Both the position numbers and the translations under genes were made by a program. From Promethearchaeota archaeon (GTDB lineage Archaea > Asgardarchaeota > Lokiarchaeia > Sigyniarchaeales > SOKP01), in the NCBI GenBank assembly GCA_030599585.1, contig JAUVNS010000002.1, positions 32,001 to 96,000 of the forward strand: DNA of 64,000 nt, in the 5' to 3' direction. The number at the start of each line of letters is the position of its first letter. Position 1 is the first letter of the stretch. This document shows positions 60,537-64,000 of this stretch, piece by piece. Below the pieces are notes generated by a model. That model was not told where the DNA came from. It worked only from the letters and a program-made list of their open reading frames with translations, and did not search any database.

Positions 60537-61652
60537 CTAAAAAAAGATTTCTTTAGTAATATTTTCAATGGGGAGAAAGATTTCCATAGCTCCATCCCAA
60601 TCCCGTATTATATTAGAATATAAGAATTCGACTTTCTCAATAAAACGTTCAAGCAAAAAATTAAGGGATCTTAAATTTTGATCAGCTACAATTACCCCCG
60701 TAATATATTTACCTTGGTGTGTTATTAACACTTTTCCTTCCTTTTCTATGACCATCTCCCCGTCATCCTGAGATATTTCTTTTAACATCATTCTAATAGT
60801 GTTTATAGCACCTGACATGATTTGGTCTTGGCGTGTATTGGTTGGATCCTTGAAAAATTTATAATAGACGCAAATTCCAGAAGCCCTCATGAGAAAAAGT
60901 TTATCGATTTTATCTTTCCAATTCTGCTCAGATAACGATGGTAAATTAATAAAATAGATCGAAAGAACAAAAATGCCAATTATTTGAATAATATCTCCAA
61001 ATAAACGAATAATTAATCCAAACAAACTTACAAATGGATCTGAAGTAGCTCCAAAGCCAAAGCCTAGAAATATTACCCCAATTATAGAGAAATATATTTT
61101 TACCTTATAATTATGTATTTCCTGATTCTCGCTAGTTTTCTTTAAAAGTTTTTTCATATATATTAAAAAAATTAAAATTAAAGGTATCCAAAATAATACC
61201 AGGGAAGCATTTTGAGTAAATTCAATAGCTGTGAAAAATAAAACAACAGAAATAAGAGTAAATATTAAGAAAATCTTAGAAAACAGGTACTTTCCAATAA
61301 TTATCTGATATTTTTCGATTTTGTATATAAAAACTAACCCTAAAATCATTCTCAAGAGATATCCAATATTAAAAACGACTAAACGTGAATGTTGAGTCTC
61401 CATGTAATAGTCTCCGAAAATATAAAAAACTCCCATTGATGAATAAGCGAGAAGGAATAGAATTGACGCTTTCTCAATGAAATTGCTTAATTTCCTCTCC
61501 CTGTTCTTTACCCTCATATAAAGTAAAAAAGCTAATTCTGAAAACAGAAATATCATGACCCATTCTATTATTAATAACGGTTCTCTTAATGTTCCATTTA
61601 TTGGGTATAAATTTTGTCCAAGCAATATTATTATACTCTTTCTATTTTTCAC
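60537..61652 (-). CDS. Multi-pass membrane protein with a C-terminal longin-like domain
   Basis: About 7 TMs, then LFLMRASGICVYYKFF...IMSGAI...GKYITGVIVAD...WDG...IF. Confidence 0.7.
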   Translation of the reverse strand: MKNRKSIIILLGQNLYPINGTLREPLLIIEWVMIFLFSELAFLLYMRVKNRERKLSNFIEKASILFLLAYSSMGVFYIFGDYYMETQHSRLVVFNIGYLLRMILGLVFIYKIEKYQIIIGKYLFSKIFLIFTLISVVLFFTAIEFTQNASLVLFWIPLILIFLIYMKKLLKKTSENQEIHNYKVKIYFSIIGVIFLGFGFGATSDPFVSLFGLIIRLFGDIIQIIGIFVLSIYFINLPSLSEQNWKDKIDKLFLMRASGICVYYKFFKDPTNTRQDQIMSGAINTIRMMLKEISQDDGEMVIEKEGKVLITHQGKYITGVIVADQNLRSLNFLLERFIEKVEFLYSNIIRDWDGAMEIFLPIENITKEIFF

Positions 61653-61666
61653 TTGATCTAATAATT

Positions 61667-62812
61667 TTAATCTAAGATATTTTGTAAAATCACATCAAAA
61701 CCGGAGAAGATCGTTTCTCTAAACTTATCTACAATATCAAAATTAACTAGCAATCCACTATAAGAATTTAGAAATTGAGCTTTCACCTTTTTTAGAAATA
61801 ACTGTAAACTTTTCATATTTTTATCGACAAATAATACAAACAGAAATTGAGATTTGGGGTCTTTTTCATACTCGAGGAGAATGCTAAAATTACCATATTT
61901 AATTATCTTAACTCTATTTTGGTAGGTTTTTGTAATTTCATCAAATACATCACTAATTCCTACAACGCCTATTGAATGTATTGGATTATTATTTTTATTT
62001 TTATTATTGTAATGAGACTCCGGTTCATTAGTGAGATTTCTTATTTTGTTAAAATCATATGAATATAGCTCATATAAATTCCTTGCATCGATAACGTACA
62101 ACTTTAAAAGATTATTTTTCCAATTAAATTCAAGGACACCTGGGAATTTGAAAGTTCCATAGATTATTGCCATTAAACCTATATTTATCACATAGCTTCC
62201 AACAAAATAGAAGAAGTCTCTTACATCAAATAACACAGGTATATTAGGCAAGCCTGAACCAAGGAACATGCCTATTAAAAATATCACCTCTCCTATTAAG
62301 GTCATTAATAAACGTGAATGTACTGTGCCTGAAGTAAGTTTAACTAGTTTTATCTGAAAATATAGAAAATACAAGCCTCCTATAAGCCCTATTAGCATAC
62401 TCGGAAATAAGCCTATTGGTTTAACGTACAAAAATAACAGATAGATAATGCTAATCCCAGAAAGCACACTAACTATTTTGACTAATTTCGAATTTATAAG
62501 AGTGAGAAATGGTTTTGACAATAAAATCAGGAGGACTACTAATATCCCTCCTTGTAATAAAGAGATTCCAATTCTTATAAATAATTCAGCTAAATAACTA
62601 TCGTGGATATAAAATGAGCCGATAACTAAAAAAAGATATGACGTAGCTCCAATTCCGAAAATATTGGAAAAGGCCAATAAGAATTTGTTTAACCCGATTT
62701 TGTCTTTTCGGTGTTTCCGATATAAATATAAGAAGTATATTGCTAATTGATAATCTAATATAATCGAAAAAATCATAGCCGGTAGATAGACTTCTCTTAA
62801 ACTAACTAACAT
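61667..62812 (-). CDS. Multi-pass membrane protein with a C-terminal longin-like domain (tandem paralog)
   Basis: About 7 TMs, then LYVIDA...LYSYDF...GVVGISDVFDEIT...FVLFVDKNM..L..FL..V...F. Confidence 0.68.
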   Translation of the reverse strand: MLVSLREVYLPAMIFSIILDYQLAIYFLYLYRKHRKDKIGLNKFLLAFSNIFGIGATSYLFLVIGSFYIHDSYLAELFIRIGISLLQGGILVVLLILLSKPFLTLINSKLVKIVSVLSGISIIYLLFLYVKPIGLFPSMLIGLIGGLYFLYFQIKLVKLTSGTVHSRLLMTLIGEVIFLIGMFLGSGLPNIPVLFDVRDFFYFVGSYVINIGLMAIIYGTFKFPGVLEFNWKNNLLKLYVIDARNLYELYSYDFNKIRNLTNEPESHYNNKNKNNNPIHSIGVVGISDVFDEITKTYQNRVKIIKYGNFSILLEYEKDPKSQFLFVLFVDKNMKSLQLFLKKVKAQFLNSYSGLLVNFDIVDKFRETIFSGFDVILQNILD

Positions 62813-63091
62813 ATCTGCTCATAGATGCTTTTTTACTTATCAATCTGTTATTAAATTTACCTATTTTATAATAATCTGAGATATTCCTCTTTTATTTTAT
62901 GCTAAATAGTCAGATCACGTCATAAGTAAGATAAAGTGTATGTATTTAAAATTAATTTTTACCACCGTTTCAAAAAGTTTGACAATAATGGAAAAATTAA
63001 AATGTAAAAAAATTCTAAGTATGATAATCCAATTTAACTAAAACCTTGTATAACCTTATTAAAAATTACATATAATAAAGAGGCGAAAAGT

Positions 63092-63418
63092 ATGCCATAT
63101 TTATTTACTTATAATATATTCCCCAATGATCAAGCAGGAAATATTTCGAAAGCTTATTTAAAAGTAATCAAAGAAGAACGAGCTGAATGGAGACCTTTAG
63201 CTAAAGAAATAATATCTAACGCTGTTAAAGGAACTTTAGATGGTATGAGTGCGATTAGTGTTTATGACGTAAAGGAAGGAAAACTAGAAGAACTTCTTGC
63301 AATACAACAAAAACATCTACTTGTTTATCAGGATATCCCGGGGTATCGATATAAGATGGAAGTCCGATTTAAAATAACTGAAGCCTTAGGGATGTTAGGA
63401 TTGAAGTTCCCCGAATAA
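63092..63418 (+). CDS. Small ~100-aa paralogous family protein (copy 4 of 4)
   Basis: FPNDQAG...YDVKEGKLEELL...YQDIPGYRY...EALGMLGLKFPE; closest to the 30916 ORF. Confidence 0.75.
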   Translation: MPYLFTYNIFPNDQAGNISKAYLKVIKEERAEWRPLAKEIISNAVKGTLDGMSAISVYDVKEGKLEELLAIQQKHLLVYQDIPGYRYKMEVRFKITEALGMLGLKFPE

Positions 63419-63484
63419 ATCAAAATTAACAATTAACTCTTTTTTTTTATTTTTTAAGTAAATCAAATTTAATTACGACAGAGT

Positions 63485-64000
63485 TTAAAAACATAAGCAT
63501 TTATCAGAAATAGGACATATTTCGCATTTAGGCTTATTTTTAGAACATGTTAGGGCTCCAAAGTCAAGCATTGCCCAATATATGTATTTAACATCCATTT
63601 TTGGCAATAAATTGTCCAAATGAGAATACATGGAATCACGAGTAAATTTAGAGCCTTGAGATTCAAACACCCTTGTTATAACTCTTTTTATGTTAACATC
63701 AAAAAACAATGTTCTTTTGTTTAATCCGAAGCACCCAAAAGCTTTACTCACGTAATCAGCTATGCCTTTTACTTCTTTAAGTTTATCCGTATCTCGCGGG
63801 ATTTCTCCATTATGTTTAGTTACGATCAATTGACTCAAGTCTTTCAAAATTTGAGCTCGTTTATTTGATAACCCCAATAATTTTATCGCAGGTTGTAAAT
63901 CGGAAATTTTAGCATTGTTAATTGAGGAGAAATCCTTGTATTTCTTAAAAAAAGGGTGATACATATTGGAGACATTCAAGGCAATTGTTTTTTGCAGTAA
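63485..64000 (-). CDS. HhH-GPD DNA glycosylase (MutY/Mig-like) with 4Fe-4S motif, 5'-truncated by the window end
   Basis: LLQKT at the edge, LGL..KRA, VKGIADY, DVNIKRV, LDFGALTC...PKCEICP...C. Confidence 0.85.
   Translation of the reverse strand, partial: LLQKTIALNVSNMYHPFFKKYKDFSSINNAKISDLQPAIKLLGLSNKRAQILKDLSQLIVTKHNGEIPRDTDKLKEVKGIADYVSKAFGCFGLNKRTLFFDVNIKRVITRVFESQGSKFTRDSMYSHLDNLLPKMDVKYIYWAMLDFGALTCSKNKPKCEICPISDKCLCF

Noticed and set aside
1-64000. tRNA/rRNA genes, integrases, transposases
   Set aside because: No GC-rich structured RNA-like segment or recombinase motif was seen by eye; a covariance-model search was not possible

Overview
AT-rich archaeal DNA, most likely an Asgard archaeon of the Lokiarchaeia type (inferred from a Rab-like GTPase, a RING-finger protein, membrane proteins with longin-like tails, IPGY-type C-terminal anchors, GGAGGTGA Shine-Dalgarno sites and oligo-T terminators). 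The first ~17.4 kb looks like an especially AT-rich defence/conflict island with two divergent operons. The minus-strand operon is ParB/Srx-like protein, SNF2 helicase, DUF3883 PD-(D/E)xK nuclease, a large helical-repeat protein ending in a second copy of the ParB-like protein, and an unknown gene truncated by the window edge. The plus-strand operon is CARF-wHTH, CARF-wHTH, PIN nuclease, Upf1/DNA2-type SF1 helicase, an unknown wHTH-like protein and a double-HKD PLD nuclease; no CRISPR array or nucleotide cyclase is visible in the window. Between the operons is an unannotated 39-aa basic 'ARRIQSHA...FKSRAQRAA' microprotein gene with a perfect SD. After them is a frameshifted PD-(D/E)xK nuclease plus dsRBD-like gene. 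The remainder is typical lokiarchaeal accessory/metabolic content: RNase HI, beta-oxidation enzymes, IorAB (iorB apparently starting at ACG), MFS and ZIP transporters, GNATs, SDRs, tandem C1q-like proteins, a Pro-Glu repeat protein, an orphan DNA methyltransferase, DNA glycosylases and several eukaryotic-signature proteins. All calls come from reading motifs by eye; no database search was run.
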